DNA from: Geosiphon pyriformis uo1
Taxonomy: Eukaryota; Fungi; Glomeromycota
NCBI GenBank assembly: GCA_016748015.1
Contig: JAAOMT010000082.1
Span: 281,483 to 345,482 of the forward strand
Direction: 5' to 3'
DNA length: 64,000 nt
A program made the position numbers and the translations under genes. The notes under the pieces were generated by a model that saw nothing but the letters and a program-made list of their open reading frames with translations, was not told the origin of the DNA and did not search any database. This document shows positions 50,259-64,000 of this stretch, piece after piece. How positions within the stretch are numbered: the first letter of the stretch is position 1; each line of letters opens with the position of its first letter.

Positions 50259-51760
50259 TTATTTAGCTGGGAAGAACTGCTGACAATTTCCAAAAGTTGT
50301 GCCAAACCATGGACCAAAATGTGCAACACTGCTTGATCCATCTGTTCCTGCATTACATTCCTGAAATTTAGATTTAAATTTAAATTTTAGGTTTTCGCGA
50401 GAAATCTTACCCATTACGCATGATGAAAATAATATTGATGCTAAAAAGCTTTTATTTGCAAATCCTTACCAAATTCTCACCAAACTGTTTCTGACCATTA
50501 GGTGAATATCCAGGACATTGGTAGACTTTATACAAGCCATTCCCAATTTTTTGTCCAGCCATTGAACCACAATCGCAATCTTCAATACCCGTAATCCAAT
50601 ATTCAGTATCAGTATGCCAATATTGCACATTATCTATAGATTTTTTTGGAAATTGGGAGACGTAGTCATTCCTATTGGTCACTCTGTAAATTTCTACCAA
50701 GTTCTCCCTATGAACTTTTTCAACAAATTTACTATCACCCATACGTGGTTGACCGAACGTAATAACCTGGATCTCAAATTTTCGGCCAAATGGATACCCC
50801 TCTACTAAACCACTAGATATGTAGAAGGCTGCGCTTAAAGCATATGCTTGAAATAGTTAATCAAAATTATTTTATTAGTCGAGAAATATTTTACATGAAC
50901 TCGAAAAAAACAAATATTTGAAATTTGAATATTATTATTTTTTACTTCCTCCAATTCCATGTCCAGTAAAAATTAATTTAATTTTAGATCCAGACATTGT
51001 TTTAGCTAATGTCATAACTCTTCCAATGGCATATTTGATTTCAGGATGTGAAGGTACTCTAAAAAATTTAGAGTCCATTTGTCCTCTCTTTTTAACTTCC
51101 GTTTTAAATAAAATGTTTTTACGTTTTTCCCATTGAAATCTTGTCATCTCTCGGCCTATGAGTCAAATATTAAGAATAATAGAAAATTAAAATCTTTGAA
51201 TCGAGATTTGAAAATAACGATTAAAAACACCTTCCTCTAAAATGCCCAATAATATGTTCCTTTTTTTCATCCAAGAATACTTCAGCTGAATTTGGCATGA
51301 TAATATTAAAAAATTTCAGCAAGTTGGACAATTTTTTTCGAAATTTAAATTTCATTAAAATCTATTACTCACCCTTTCTATTAATTTGTGGAAAACAATA
51401 AGGAATATTTGCTACTCGAGCCATTTCTGTAAAGAAATCAATTAAAGCTACATCAGTCACAAGTATTTTTGAGGGAGACGAGTTTTCGAGTTTGCCAAAC
51501 CCTCGGTTTATTCGTTTTAATAGATGTGCTTTATTCCAACTTGAGGTAGAATTTAAAGATGGAATGCGTATTTTTATAGGTGGATTATAGGCACCATCCA
51601 ATATTAGCTTCGTGATTGATGAAATGTTGCAGTGATTTGAAGATTGGGAATAAAAATTATTAGGGAAATAAACAAACAGAAAGTAGGACCCAATTATTGT
51701 AATAACTGAAAATGATTTAGAAACTTTCTTTATGAAATTTTCATAATTTTTAGACAACAT
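50259..51760 (-). CDS. Class-3 lipase homologue, N-terminal TM anchor, 5 exons, GHGIGG in place of GHSxGG (possibly pseudogenised at the intron-2 donor)
   Basis: IPYC; IIGHFRG; IFTGHGIGG; ITFGQPRMGD; RVTNRNDYVSQFP; HTDTEYWI; HFGPWFG. No in-frame stop seen, but keeping the frame requires a non-GT donor near 51235. Confidence 0.8.
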
Positions 51761-52094
51761 TCCTATCAAAAATATTTTCTTAATATTGCCTGAAATATGT
51801 ATGGTTTTGGAGATATCAAATGCCTGCTAATTATTGATTTTCGAGCTCACATATCAAATATTTGATTTTATCACAATAAAAGTATATACATAATAATTTT
51901 CCGTTTTGCAGATTACGATATTATTGAAACGATGAACGTAAATATTTAACTGAGCAAATCCAAAGGACGAGAATTTTACTTTATTCTTATCACATACGAT
52001 GGAATAGAGAATTTTCAAATGGTGATTATTTATAAAATTCTGACTTAAAGATATGAAATAATTATCCTAAAGAAATAATAAAACTAGGCAATAT

Positions 52095-52812
52095 GTATAA
52101 ATTTGTTTAAATTTAATAAAATTAAAAAAAGATATATTTTATATTACTTGTTTATTAATTATTACTTTATTTAATTACTATGATTAATTAAAAAATTATA
52201 TAAAATTATGTATATATAACAGCTCTACTTTTTAATTTTCAAAAACTATTTTAATAAGTTTAATAAGCAAAAAAAAAACAATTAAATATATGGTTTAAAA
52301 TATGTACATAAATCATTTTCTTGTGAAATTACAGATATTACTAAACTTTTATAATATTATTTAAAGACTTTTTATTAAATAATATATATCACAATAAAAA
52401 AATATTATAAGAAAAAAAAAATGTTTAAAAAAATTACAGATCAATTAAAAAAATGGTTTAACAAATAAATTACTATTTTTTATGAATTTTTGGCAATTTA
52501 ATTAGAAAACTGTATTTAAATTATTATTTTTATTAAAAATTAGATATTTAAACATATTAGACATAATTTTTTTGTCTTATATATATGATTTATAATTATT
52601 TATTAATCTAAGAATTATTCGTTGCTTTTAAATATTTTTTTTGCAAGTAGAAATATAATTGCAGATATTAAGTCTTGTTTAATAATTAAAACTATAAAAA
52701 CATTATAACATCTTTAATCATGAAAATAAAGACCATTAAAAAAATAAATTAATAATATAACATAATATTTAATAATCAAATTTAAATATATTCATAAACT
52801 TTAAACCAAATT
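52095..52812. mobile_element. Third, less eroded copy of the probable MITE, termini truncated
   Basis: Colinear with 26520-26940 and then 27410-27700. Confidence 0.75.
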
Positions 52813-53671
52813 ATTATTAATACCAAAATTAATCTTGTTAAAAAGCTTTTTAAAAACATGTTTTGTTATAATTTTTGGCTTTTTAAGAATTAAGTTTAAA
52901 ATTATTCTTATTATTAAGTTAAAACTAGTTTTTTTATCAAATATTCTTTTTTTATGTTTATATTTTCTGATTTTATAGTTTTTTAGTATTTAAACCAACT
53001 AATCTATTAACTAAATAAGCACCAAAAACTGCAAAAACATTAATATTGGTATTAAATTTTTTTAAAATGTTACTTTTCTACTTTTTTTAACAGTTAAATC
53101 TATAAAAATTAAATTAACACCAAATTTTTTTGATTTTTTTTATAAAAAAATTATTAATATTATTAATGGTTTTGAATTTTAAAAAAAATAGTATAAAAAT
53201 ATTTAATTATTATATTTGTATTAATATTATATAATTTAGTAATATAATTTTAAGTAATTATTATATATTATTTTTTAAATTTTGTTTTTTAATTATAATT
53301 TATATGCTTAATTATTAAGTATTTAATATATATAAAATAGTTTATTTTATTTGAAATTAAATTTTTATCTTATTGTTTTTGTATAATATAGCAATATGTT
53401 GTTTTTTAATCTTATATTTAACTAGTTGATTTAATAATTTGTTATTATGTTTTTTTTGTTATTTTTGTAAAATTTAAAATTATAAACTATTATTATTTTT
53501 AAGTTTTTATTATTAGTTTATTTAAATAAATTAGTATTTTTAATTTTATTAATAGTATTTTTTTTTATATATATTAATTTAAATAATATTTATTTAAATA
53601 GTATTTTGTTTTATTATTTAATAAGTAAATAAAGCTAAACAAATCTTATTTTTATTGATTCTTATTGGTTA

Positions 53672-53788
53672 TTTTTTTATTACGCATTTAATGAGTGAAG
53701 CCCAACCGCTATCTAGTACATAGAGCCAAACTAAGTGACCCAAACTAAACGCGACTTACGCACTTACTACATGTGGCTAGCCACTCGC
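53672..53788 (-). mobile_element. Heavily 5'-truncated LINE insertion (3' UTR + short A tail), CpG-rich
   Basis: Aligns with the LINE 3' UTR at 7697-7800 (tttaatgagtgaagcccaa...ctacatgtggctagccactc vs tttaacaagtaaagtccaa...ctatatgtgaccagccattc); T-run at 53672-53678. Confidence 0.8.
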
Positions 53789-55259
53789 TTATTTTGGCTA
53801 ATATTTTATAAAATATTTAATTCAATTTTTTTACTAATCTATTAATTTGTAAATAATATAATAATAATAATAATATTTTTTTATTTTAAATTTTTGGCTT
53901 AACATTATTTACAAAATATTTATATTAATTTAATATTAGTTTTTTTAACATTTATATTAATAAATTAAAACTTAATATATAAATTTTGTTATTAATTTTG
54001 TATTAACTTTTTTTATAATTTTGGTTTTTAGTTATTTAATAAAATAATTATTTATTATTTGTTTTTGGTAATAATAAACAAAAATTGTTTTTTATTATTA
54101 TTATTTTAAGTAAATAGTTTTATTTTTGTTAATTTTAAATAAAATAATTTTTAAATAATTTTTAAATTTTGCTTTGTTCTTATTAAAATAATTTTTTTTT
54201 AATTTAAAGTATTGTTAAATAATAGCAACAAAATCAAACAAAGTAAATATTTGATTACATAAACTCAAAATAATTAGTGTAACTGAAAAATAACATTTTA
54301 ATAGTTTTGTTTGATTTAAATTTCAATTGCATTTATCTTTATATAAAACTAATTTATATTAAATTCACTATAAAACCAAAGAATTACAGTATTATTAAAA
54401 GTATTTCACAAAAAAGCAAAAAAAATTGCTTTATATATTTTCAAAATTAATAATACCCAAACTTTTTAGAAATATCTAGATAAAACATAACTTTATTATC
54501 TACAAACTTACAATCAAATTTAGATAATAGCATATTTAATAATATTTTACTAAAACAACCAAAATATAGTGAATATGTATTTTATAAATTGTTTTTTATA
54601 AAAAGTAATAAAAAAAAGTTGACAAATTAAGTATTTTAATTATCGTAAATGTGTTACTTAAAATAACAACAAATAATATTTCTCATGCTATATGATTACA
54701 GAAACAATAATCTGAAAACCAAATTTAATATATGCAATTATTTTACAATGTAATATATCTTATAATACAAAAAAATACAACAAAATATAATTGTGCATAC
54801 TATATGTTCTATTTTTTTTTCTCATAATTTAACAAACATAAAACCAACTAGAGAATATACTTTTTAATATATGAATGACCACTTTGATGCCTCTTACAAT
54901 AAAATTAAAAAAAATACAATAAGCTGCAACAAGGTAAACAAGCAATAAATACATATTTATTAAGAAAATAGTTTAAAAATTATTAATGTTATTGCAAAAA
55001 AAGCAGTTAAATATCATTAATTGAACAGAGCTAAAACATAGCAGAACTAAGTTATAACTTTGTTTTAAAAAAGACAAGAAACAGTATGAGTTAATAAAGA
55101 AACAATATAAGAAAAATAGTTTGAATATATTGTAATATATATTAAAAAAAATAGTAAAACTGGTTAAATTAAAAGAAACAGAGGCCTTTTTTTGAATAAA
55201 ATCTTGAAATACTATTTGCAATACTGGCTAAATTGGGCTTATTCATTTGTTTTTTATTT

Positions 55260-57200
55260 TGATGCTAATTTTACAGAAGAATCTTTAGCATCCAATCTGC
55301 AAAATAGTATCAATATACAGAAATTTAACCTAAATTATAAATATTTTGAAAATTACATTTAGAAATACATTGATGAAATCTTGAAAAGACTACAATGATG
55401 TTTTTTTTACTATTTAAAACAATACACTATAAGCTGGGCATTACAGTAGTTTTATGTTTCTTATATATTACTAATACAGACCAGCAGAACAGAAAAGTTC
55501 AGATTATTGCAAAAATTGGTAGTTAAAAAAAATGTTTTAATCATTTATATTTGTTTACATAGTTCTAAATCGAAAGGCTATTCAAATTATTCAGATATTG
55601 CCAATAAACTTACTAAAAAAGCATATTTAGAAGCTCATTATTTTTTCTTTTTAGTGGCTTTGTTTTGTAAGTGTTTAAAATTTGTGAACACACAATTTTA
55701 ACTTTATAAAAAAATATTGAAAAAGACATGTAATTATATATTTAATATTCTCATTAGTAATATTTGTAATGATATGTTTAATTTGCAAAAAAGTTTTTGA
55801 AACAATATAAAATATGAGATAAAATCAAGATTTAGTAATACCAAAAAACCTCAGATCAAAAATATTCGAAAAAAGATAATAGAACAATATAAAAAACTTG
55901 AAATTATGTTGAAAAAGCTAAACAAACATTTATTAAAAATGTTGTTGGCTTTTAATGAAACCAAAATGCTTACTAAAAATAATAATTTTTGTAATCTGTG
56001 AAGAGTACTACAGACTGTTTTAAACTTGGATGATAATTGTTTTATGGTGTTTTTCACAAATATTTTATTAAAAGTTTCAAATTTTTCTTATGCAAATTTT
56101 CACAATTTGTTCACCAAAATCAGCTCTAAAAAACAAAAACTGTATAAATCATTTTATTTACTTAATGTATTAAACTGCCATATGTAAAAATTATTAGTTG
56201 TTACAATTTTAACAGCAATGAATCAAATTTACGATATAGGCTGTTTTTTCTGAACAGATATTATTAATCAAGCTATTATTGTATTTATTACAAAAAAAAT
56301 TTTTTATAATAGCAAAAAAGCCACAACAATACATGAAATTTAAAGTATTTTAATTATTAAAAAAGTAACAAAAGCACTAACAATTTTTAAATCACAGCTT
56401 TATTTGGAAATTTTGAGTCTTTTATAACAAGTATTTGAATTAGTCAGTAGCCATATAAGAATTTTGCATCATGTTAATAAGACATAAGAATTTTTTGTTA
56501 CTATATATCTAAGTAAACCAGTATTAATTGAGACTATAAGCTATATAATAAACTAATTTGGAATTCTTATACAAGTTTTGGGCCACTTAGTTAACTTAAT
56601 TAGAAATTATATTGTTGTCAATACAAGTAATTAGAGTGAACTTTTTGATAAGATCTTGTGTTTTTTGGTAATTAACAAAGCAATTTAATCAAAACTCAAA
56701 GTTTGGAATATGTATTTACAGACCATTATCATACAAAAATTTTTCGATGCACTTGTTGGTTAGAACTCTTAGAAAAAGCTTAATTCGATTTTTACTATTC
56801 AAGCCAACAGTATAATACTTTGTAATAGTAAAATTAAGTTTAATTATTTTTCATATATTAAGTTTATTTTTATAAGACTAGATTTTATCAAATTTTTTTT
56901 CATAGTATAGCAGTTTTATGTAAGCAAAATCAAAAAAAGTAAATATTATCATTTTAGTTGTCATGGTTTAAGATAATGAAACTCTAATTATAAAAGAGAA
57001 TATAATATTTATTGGTATTCAAGTTAGAAATCATAAAGCTAATAGTTTAACTGGTAATAAAAAGCAGCAAAAAGGGAGCAAACAATCATTTAAACAACAA
57101 AAAATAAATAATATATTCAAACAAACAGCTTGTTATATTGACATTAATAATTATAAACTCTTCTTTTTATCTTACCTTAAGATTTACATAAGTCTTAATA
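55260..57200 (+). pseudogene. P-loop NTPase + PD-(D/E)xK-like nuclease pseudogene (Crinkler-type architecture)
   Basis: LIQTSRTEKFRLL (decayed Walker A, SGTGKS) at 55471; LLAFNE (Walker B) at 55942 in the same frame; later ELVSSHIRIL, YLSKPVL, SELFDKIL, and IIILV...FIGIQVRN near 57020. Boundaries approximate. Confidence 0.7.
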
Positions 57201-59383
57201 TAATATTTGAAAATATTGAATTCAATAATATTTTAAATATTGAACTAAAAACATTAACAAAAGCCAAGAACAGAATAGAACATTTAAGCATTTATGAACT
57301 CTTAATAAATATGTATATATGTTTTAATAGTACATATAATAATATAATAAAATTACTATTGCACAAATTATTAATATCTTATTTTGCTTTATTGAAAAAA
57401 AAAATGGCATTTTATAAGATAAACATAATACAAGTAATAAATAAATTCAATAATACAAAGAGATTGTAAAAAATATAAAGCCTTTATAATATAATTAAAA
57501 TATATTAGTGTATTGTTTGTTTTTTTGTTAGATTTACTAATCTTCTGTTATGTTAAAAAGATGAGAAAAAAAAACACAAAAAACATAAATAGTATAATAA
57601 AAATAGAACAATAATTATTATTGAATTGTACAATAATAAAATCAATAAAGCTTATTTAATTTGTCAAATATAATATAAAAAAATTACAAAATAAAAATTA
57701 ATATATAAAATTATCTGTATATGAATAATAATAATTACAATAGTTTTACTAAATATAAAAAAGCAATTCATTTTTTAGAAATAAATTGTAATTGTAATTG
57801 TTCAAAAAAAATTCCAAGAAAAAAGTTTGCTAAATTACATAAGACATTTTAGGTTTTTTTTAAATCTAAACAAAATATATTTTTAATTATTTAGCTAAAA
57901 ATAATGAATAATAGAAAAATAACTATTAGTTAATATCTTAAAAATTAATTATATTTATTTGAAAAATATGAAAATTGCTTAATAACAAATATAATACTAT
58001 GTATTTATAATAATATAAAACAAATATTATAATAAAAGACAAATAATTATTATTATTATAATGAAAAATTTTTTTAAAAATTATATTAAAATTTATGGAT
58101 TATCAAGTTTTAATAAAAATCTATTAAAATAATATAAAATTTTAAATATATATAGTTTAATATTAAATAAATAAATTTATTTAAAACAGTTTTAATAAAT
58201 AATAAATAGATTTATTTTTAATTATTTTTTAAAAATGAAAAAAATTACTTATAAAATATATTACAAATTTTTTTTTCAAAAAGTTATAAATAAAAAAGTT
58301 ATTATATTATTTTTATTAATTGTATAATTAATAATTATTAAACTTTAATAAAAATTTAATTGTATATTATTAAGAAGCTAATAAATAAGTTTACTTAATA
58401 AAATTTTCCAGAAATTCAGACTTTTAAAAATTGGCAAATTTAAAGCTTTAAAAAATAAAAATAAAGATTTTGTTATTTTTTATGTTTTTATGTTTTTATA
58501 AATATAAAAAACAAAAATATCTTTATAATTATATTTGGAAATATTTTTAAAAATTAAAAATTAAAAAAAACATTATTAAAAATTGCAAAAAAATATTCTG
58601 TTTTTAATTTATTTATTAATAATAATTATATTTTATTATTTCTACTGTTACCTATAAAGTAATATAAAAAAACCGTTAATAATTAAATATAGCATAAATT
58701 AGCCAATTATATATTAGAAATTATTAAATAATATAATAACAAAGATTTTAAAAATACTAATAAAAATGCCAAAAATTTTAGAAATAGTTCAGAAAAAGTA
58801 TAAAATTATTAGAAATTCCAAAAATTTTGTATTATAAAATTTATATGTATATAATAATAACATTAAAAGTAAAAAATAATAATCAGTTTACTAGATTTTT
58901 ACCAAGTAATTTCAACAATTAAAAATTCAATACTTAAAGTAAATGCTTTTTTAATAAATTTATAATTAAATTATTTATTATTTAAATTACATAAATCCAT
59001 ATTTATTTTACTAAAATTTACATATTTTTAATTAATAATATTAATATCTATTTGACACTATTAACAATATTAAAACAATAATTTTTTGATTATAATTACT
59101 GACAAAATATTAATTTTTTATTTATTATTTTATTTATCTTCTTATATATTTTATTTTGTTGTATTAATTAATTAAAAACGTTAAAATCATAATATTAGAA
59201 CTTATTTGATAAAAAACACAAAAATAAATATAAAATTGATTTATTGGATTACTTATTAAAAAAGTAAAAAATATCAGAATAAATCAATTATCATGTTAAA
59301 AAAGTTAGATATCAAGTATTGTTACCTGAATAAAAAAACTAATCAGAAACTGTGGAAAAACAGGGATGGTCTTGTTCAAAAAC

Positions 59384-59384
59384 A

Positions 59385-59418
<34 letters not shown>
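59384..59418. repeat. (ATT)n microsatellite
   Basis: About 11 perfect units. Confidence 0.95.
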
Positions 59419-59419
<1 letters not shown>

Positions 59420-60413
59420 GCTGAATTGGTTTTGTTTAATTTTAGAAAATATCTGGCTTAAATTTTTTTCAATCGTTGTATTAATAATTTCCAATTTTTC
59501 CGGTCAATCAAGAATTTCAATTGGCAAGATTATTTTCTAAATTGAAGTTTTTTTTGGAAAGCTAATATTACAGATCGTTGTATGCCCACATATTTTTTCC
59601 TCGTCATTTTAGTATTTTTGATTACTCAAAAAAAAAAGCGTCTACACACTAGGTCACATAACCTTTCCTTTTTATAACTTCTTGACACGTTTTTGGCATC
59701 GAGTCTCAAAAGATTGCATTTGTAAATTGGTGCGTTATCTCACTTGAAATATTGCTTTTTCAAGGGTCATAATCATTGGATAAACTATATCTAATAAAAA
59801 GGGGTCCATATGCTTCATCAGTCATACGTGAAGGGTAAATCCCCATGACCAGCTGTAAAGCTCCCTTTTATGCCGAAGTTTTGCATATGAATCAGTGTTT
59901 ACAGAGGGATTTATCAAATTTTAAATAAAATTGCATACAATTAATAAATTTTCTTTTTTGCCGAGTATATATATTTCATAAATGTTATAAGGCGTTGTTT
60001 AAATGATAAAATGTTCTATTTCTTTGTCAAATAGTCAAAACATATAAAATTAAGTGGTTAATCTAAAACTAAATTTTCATTGAAAATAGTAAACCGAATA
60101 AATTACTTTGAATATTCTTATACATCATATTGTTATGATTAATTGACGAAACTGAATAAATTATCAATAAGTATCAGAAACTCTAGGAAACACGAATAAA
60201 TTACTCGAATAAACTGTCAAAACCTATTGAATTATAAAACAGGTTTCTTTTTGAATACAGTTAATAATTTATGATTAAAATACCTTTCATAGGCTTATAT
60301 ATTTCTCACAAGAAATAAAAAGAAATAAAATATAACCAATTATTTTCAGCAAGCTAATGTGCAATGAGTTTATATCAACAGGAGAAGTGAGTTCAACAAT
60401 TAATATTTTACTA

Positions 60414-60512
<99 letters not shown>
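60414..60512. repeat. (AAT)33 microsatellite
   Basis: 33 perfect units; explains the poly-Asn ORF 60357..60563. Confidence 0.98.
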
Positions 60513-62274
60513 TGCTATCCGCAGTTAGATAGCCTGACTCACTTTCATATATCTGATTGCTGATTAAAGAAATTCTTTGGTTTCATTCCTCTAGTTCCGA
60601 GAGTTTTTCTTATTCCGTAAATATATAAATTTTATATATTCATAATCTTTCTATCATTATTATGGATCCAAAAAATTCATTAATTTACATGACAACACTT
60701 GGTATTAAAATCAAAGAAGGTTAAATAGCGTTCACAATCGAAAATGTGAAACGTGATGCAGCTGGAAGTTTTCTTCCAATTGATCTAAAAAATTCGTTTA
60801 AGAGGATTTCCTTCAGACTTTCAATCCATAAAATACTCCTTTCATTCCGAGATATCAAGAAATCAAATACTTTTAACCTATAATTAAAATATCAATGACC
60901 TTGAAAATAAATATTTTAAAATTTAATTTTTATTACACAAAAGAAATTCTTAAAACTTTAATTCTTTTATCGTAAAATCAAAGATAAAAAATAAAATAAA
61001 TAGTTTTCAAATATTTTCCCAATTTTTAAAATAAATAAATAGTACAACAATTAAAATAAAAAATTGAATTTCAATGAATCAATAAATATATAAATAAAAA
61101 GCACGTAGATCAAAATTATGAAATATTTCAGCCATATCAATTATTCTCAATCTTTTATTACTCGCAGTTTAATAAAATTAAAGTTAGAGCTATCCAATAA
61201 GCCATTTTTAACAACTAATTAAAGTTTTCCCTTTTTAATACCATATTAAGGAAAAACGGGATATTCCGAATTAGAATCATAAAATATTGTGCCAGTCTCA
61301 GTCGAGATTTTCATTTAAAAATGTTAAACTCTATTTTTTTTTTTTGAATTTGAAATTTATTGAATACTGGGAACTTGTGAAATTAATAAAGAAGTAAAAA
61401 TTTTGAAAATATGTGGACTTAAAATTCTTTTCATATATATAAATAAATAATTTATTATCAATTAAGTCTAGATTCTTTTCATATATATAAATTATAATTG
61501 ACTTCTGGACGATTTTCAAAAATAAATAAATTTTTCTATTCAGTATAAATCTTTTGATAAATCTTTTGATGCATTTTCTCGGGAGTGTATGAAAAAGTTT
61601 TTGAAATTTCCTTTGATAGTACAATTTCGTAATTTTTGCCAAGGTTCATTGTTGAAATAGGGTAACCATAAAAAGTTGCACTGAAATATAAAGTTTTGCT
61701 TTTTTTTCAGCTTTCCCTGAGTACACAGGTCATTTTGTCATCATGAAGAAATTTTTAAGGATTAAAATAAATTGTAAATATCTATGTTGGTAATTCCTGC
61801 ACATGATGCGGGTTATCTTTTATATTCCAATTTTCCCAATTCTTTCTAAAATGCAGGAGTCGGCATCCCGCATCCCGCATTCTGCATCCTTCATCTGCAT
61901 TTGCATTTTTTATTTTTTATAAATTCCTATATTGGTATTTGAATAAGATCCCGTGTGGCAAAGTTTTCCAATAATAGGTATAAACTAGCATTTTTAAAAT
62001 AAGAAAATCTCAACTCAAATAACTGGGTTTTCTATTCAGTTTTAGATACTTTTAATGTACCACTTTTTAAAACCTATTTTTTTTTTACCATTTTTCCACT
62101 TTTCTGTATATCGATCTCCTTGAGACTTACCGTCAAATATTGACGATCATTTATATTATGACGCCCTTTCAAAATAAGTGGGAAAGAATTAAAAAAAGAA
62201 AAATATATATATTTATATATATATACCCGAAATATTCAGATAAAAATTTTAAGGAAAAATAGGATAAAAGCACT

Positions 62275-64000
62275 ATGGACTATCTACATACACGAAATCA
62301 ATTTGAGTTGAGCTCGACAAGAGCTCCCTCGAGTCAGTCACCTCAAAATTACGTTAAGCCACAATCATCCACCCATTCAATCAAATTATTTTTCGTGCAG
62401 TTATCCGCTATGCTTAAAAGAAATCTTATTTTCCAGGTTAGTGATTCTAAAAGTTATTGTTATACTTTTAAACATTTCTATAAAATTTTATATCATAGAT
62501 TCGATACAAAAGGTCGACAATTTTACAAGTTCTTATCGGTCCTCTTTTGATATTATCCGTTTTATTCATTCTACAAAAAGCTGATATGACTCAAGATGTA
62601 CCTAACCTACATCCAAAATCCTATCCGTTACTAGGGTTATTACCTTGCCAGGTTTGAAAAAATTATATTTAAACAATTTATAATGTTAAAAGTATTTTCA
62701 ATACATCTTTTTAATTTTTTCTCACTTTATAAGGGTTATAAAGATGATAATCGTTGTATTAATATTTTATATACACCCGAGACTGAGGAGAATAAAAAAA
62801 TTATGCAAATTTTTTCCGCTAATAATGAAAAACGAACGAATAAATCTATTCCTTTGGAAGATATTGAAATTGGTAATTCAAGATACCTTAAATAATTTCA
62901 AAATATTTTTAAGAGTTGTCCCTAAAACTAATTTCATCTTTTTGCCACCCCCCAAGATATAAACTTTAAACCTGATAAAAATTTAGGCATCATCGCCGTA
63001 CCGGATGCTTCCTTTATTTATGACTACACACTCTATAATCCAAATATTACCTTGTTTGGAATCGAGTTCACTACCGATCCCGGGCCACCAATCAATTATC
63101 GTTATCAAGTTTGGTTGAATAGTAGCTTAAGCAATAATGCTTCGAATGTATTTAGTGAACAATTATTATCTTTGCAACGGGGTATTGATGAAGCCATTGG
63201 TAAGACCGAATCAATAAATTTTGCTCATTAATCTCAATTTGTTCATTCATTTATTCATTCATTCATTCATTCATTCTTTAATTTAGTTACCGTGGCCACT
63301 AATTCGATACCCGGAAATTTTGATTCCCCTGCAATAAATGTGAGAATGAAGCAATGGCCTACGGTTCCACTAGGAAAGAAAAGTGATATGATGGTCACTC
63401 GGCATGGATCTTTGTTTTTCTTTAGTGTTCAAATGATCATTTTCATCGCTGTTTTGAACACAATCGTCATGGAAAAGGAAAAAAAATTAATCGCTAGTCT
63501 GGTGATTATGGGTCTCAAGAAAGAAGTCTATTGGCTTGCTTATTTCATTTCAACAGCTTGGCTTATTATTATTTGTTCCTTAAACACTTGCGCATTCGGT
63601 TTAGCCTTTGATTTCTACGTATTTAAAGATACCAATTTCTTGATTTTGCTAATAACATTTATCTTATTCGGTCTCGCTATGGTTGCACTTGCTTTCTTTA
63701 TTACCACTTTCTGTCGCTCGGCTGATGCTGCTGTCCTCGTTGGTATATTATGTTTAATAATTGGGCTTCTGTTCCAGACCTTTGTATTTTCATTATCGTA
63801 TATCGGCTACATTTGGTGGGATATATATACAGGCAAAGTTGGTTGGATTCTTTTGATGTTCTTCCCATTCTTCAACTTTGGTAAAATTTATCTGGATATG
63901 TCACAATTAACCGCCCGGAATTTCGACTTTCTAACCAACAAAATTGTTTATGGACCCGGATTTCATTGGAATGATCTTTACCGCCCTCTTCCTTCCCATT
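62275..64000 (+). CDS. ABCA-subfamily transporter, 5' part (multi-exon, continues beyond the window)
   Basis: Exons 62275-62436, 62499-62651, 62734-~62872 and further GT-AG exons. N-terminal QLSAMLKRN motif + TM helix, extracellular domain, then IVMEKEKKLIASLVIMGL and a multi-TM bundle. No stops seen; CpG retained. Confidence 0.92.
63242..63276. repeat. Intronic (TTCA)n microsatellite
   Basis: Imperfect ttca/ttta units in an ABCA intron. Confidence 0.85.

Noticed and set aside
60357-60563. Poly-Asn ORF (and the poly-Ile ORF at 59352..59540)
   Set aside because: Microsatellite artefacts with no other coding signal.

Overview
AT-rich, intron-containing eukaryotic DNA, most likely from an arbuscular-mycorrhizal-type fungus (Glomeromycotina). 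The BTB-BACK-TLDc, TKL kinase and class-3 lipase families and the retroelement proteins resemble what I recall for Geosiphon pyriformis; this is inference, not a database result. Positions 1-33.6 kb are a nest of retroelements. It contains two RNase H-bearing LINEs and several solo or partial LTRs of two Ty3/gypsy families (A and B). It also contains one full-length, decayed family-A element (13461-23382, twin 977-bp LTRs). That element's polyprotein has an unrecognised Cys-rich region and a dUTPase between protease and RT, a possibly separately encoded integrase, and an extra ORF in the env position. From 33.9 to 57.2 kb lie mostly dead or damaged members of multicopy host families: ubiquitin-like + ADP-ribosyltransferase, BTB-BACK-TLDc, TKL kinase, a Crinkler-type NTPase-nuclease, and membrane-anchored class-3 lipase homologues with Gly in place of the catalytic Ser. 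The window ends inside an apparently intact, CpG-retaining ABCA transporter gene. The dominant signal is directional C>T/G>A hypermutation of repeated DNA, not limited to CpG. It is graded from about 3% (LTR pair) to near-total GC loss (25-33 kb), reaches multicopy host genes, and spares a ~115-bp repeat and the ABCA gene, which is a RIP-like pattern. All coordinates and counts come from manual reading.
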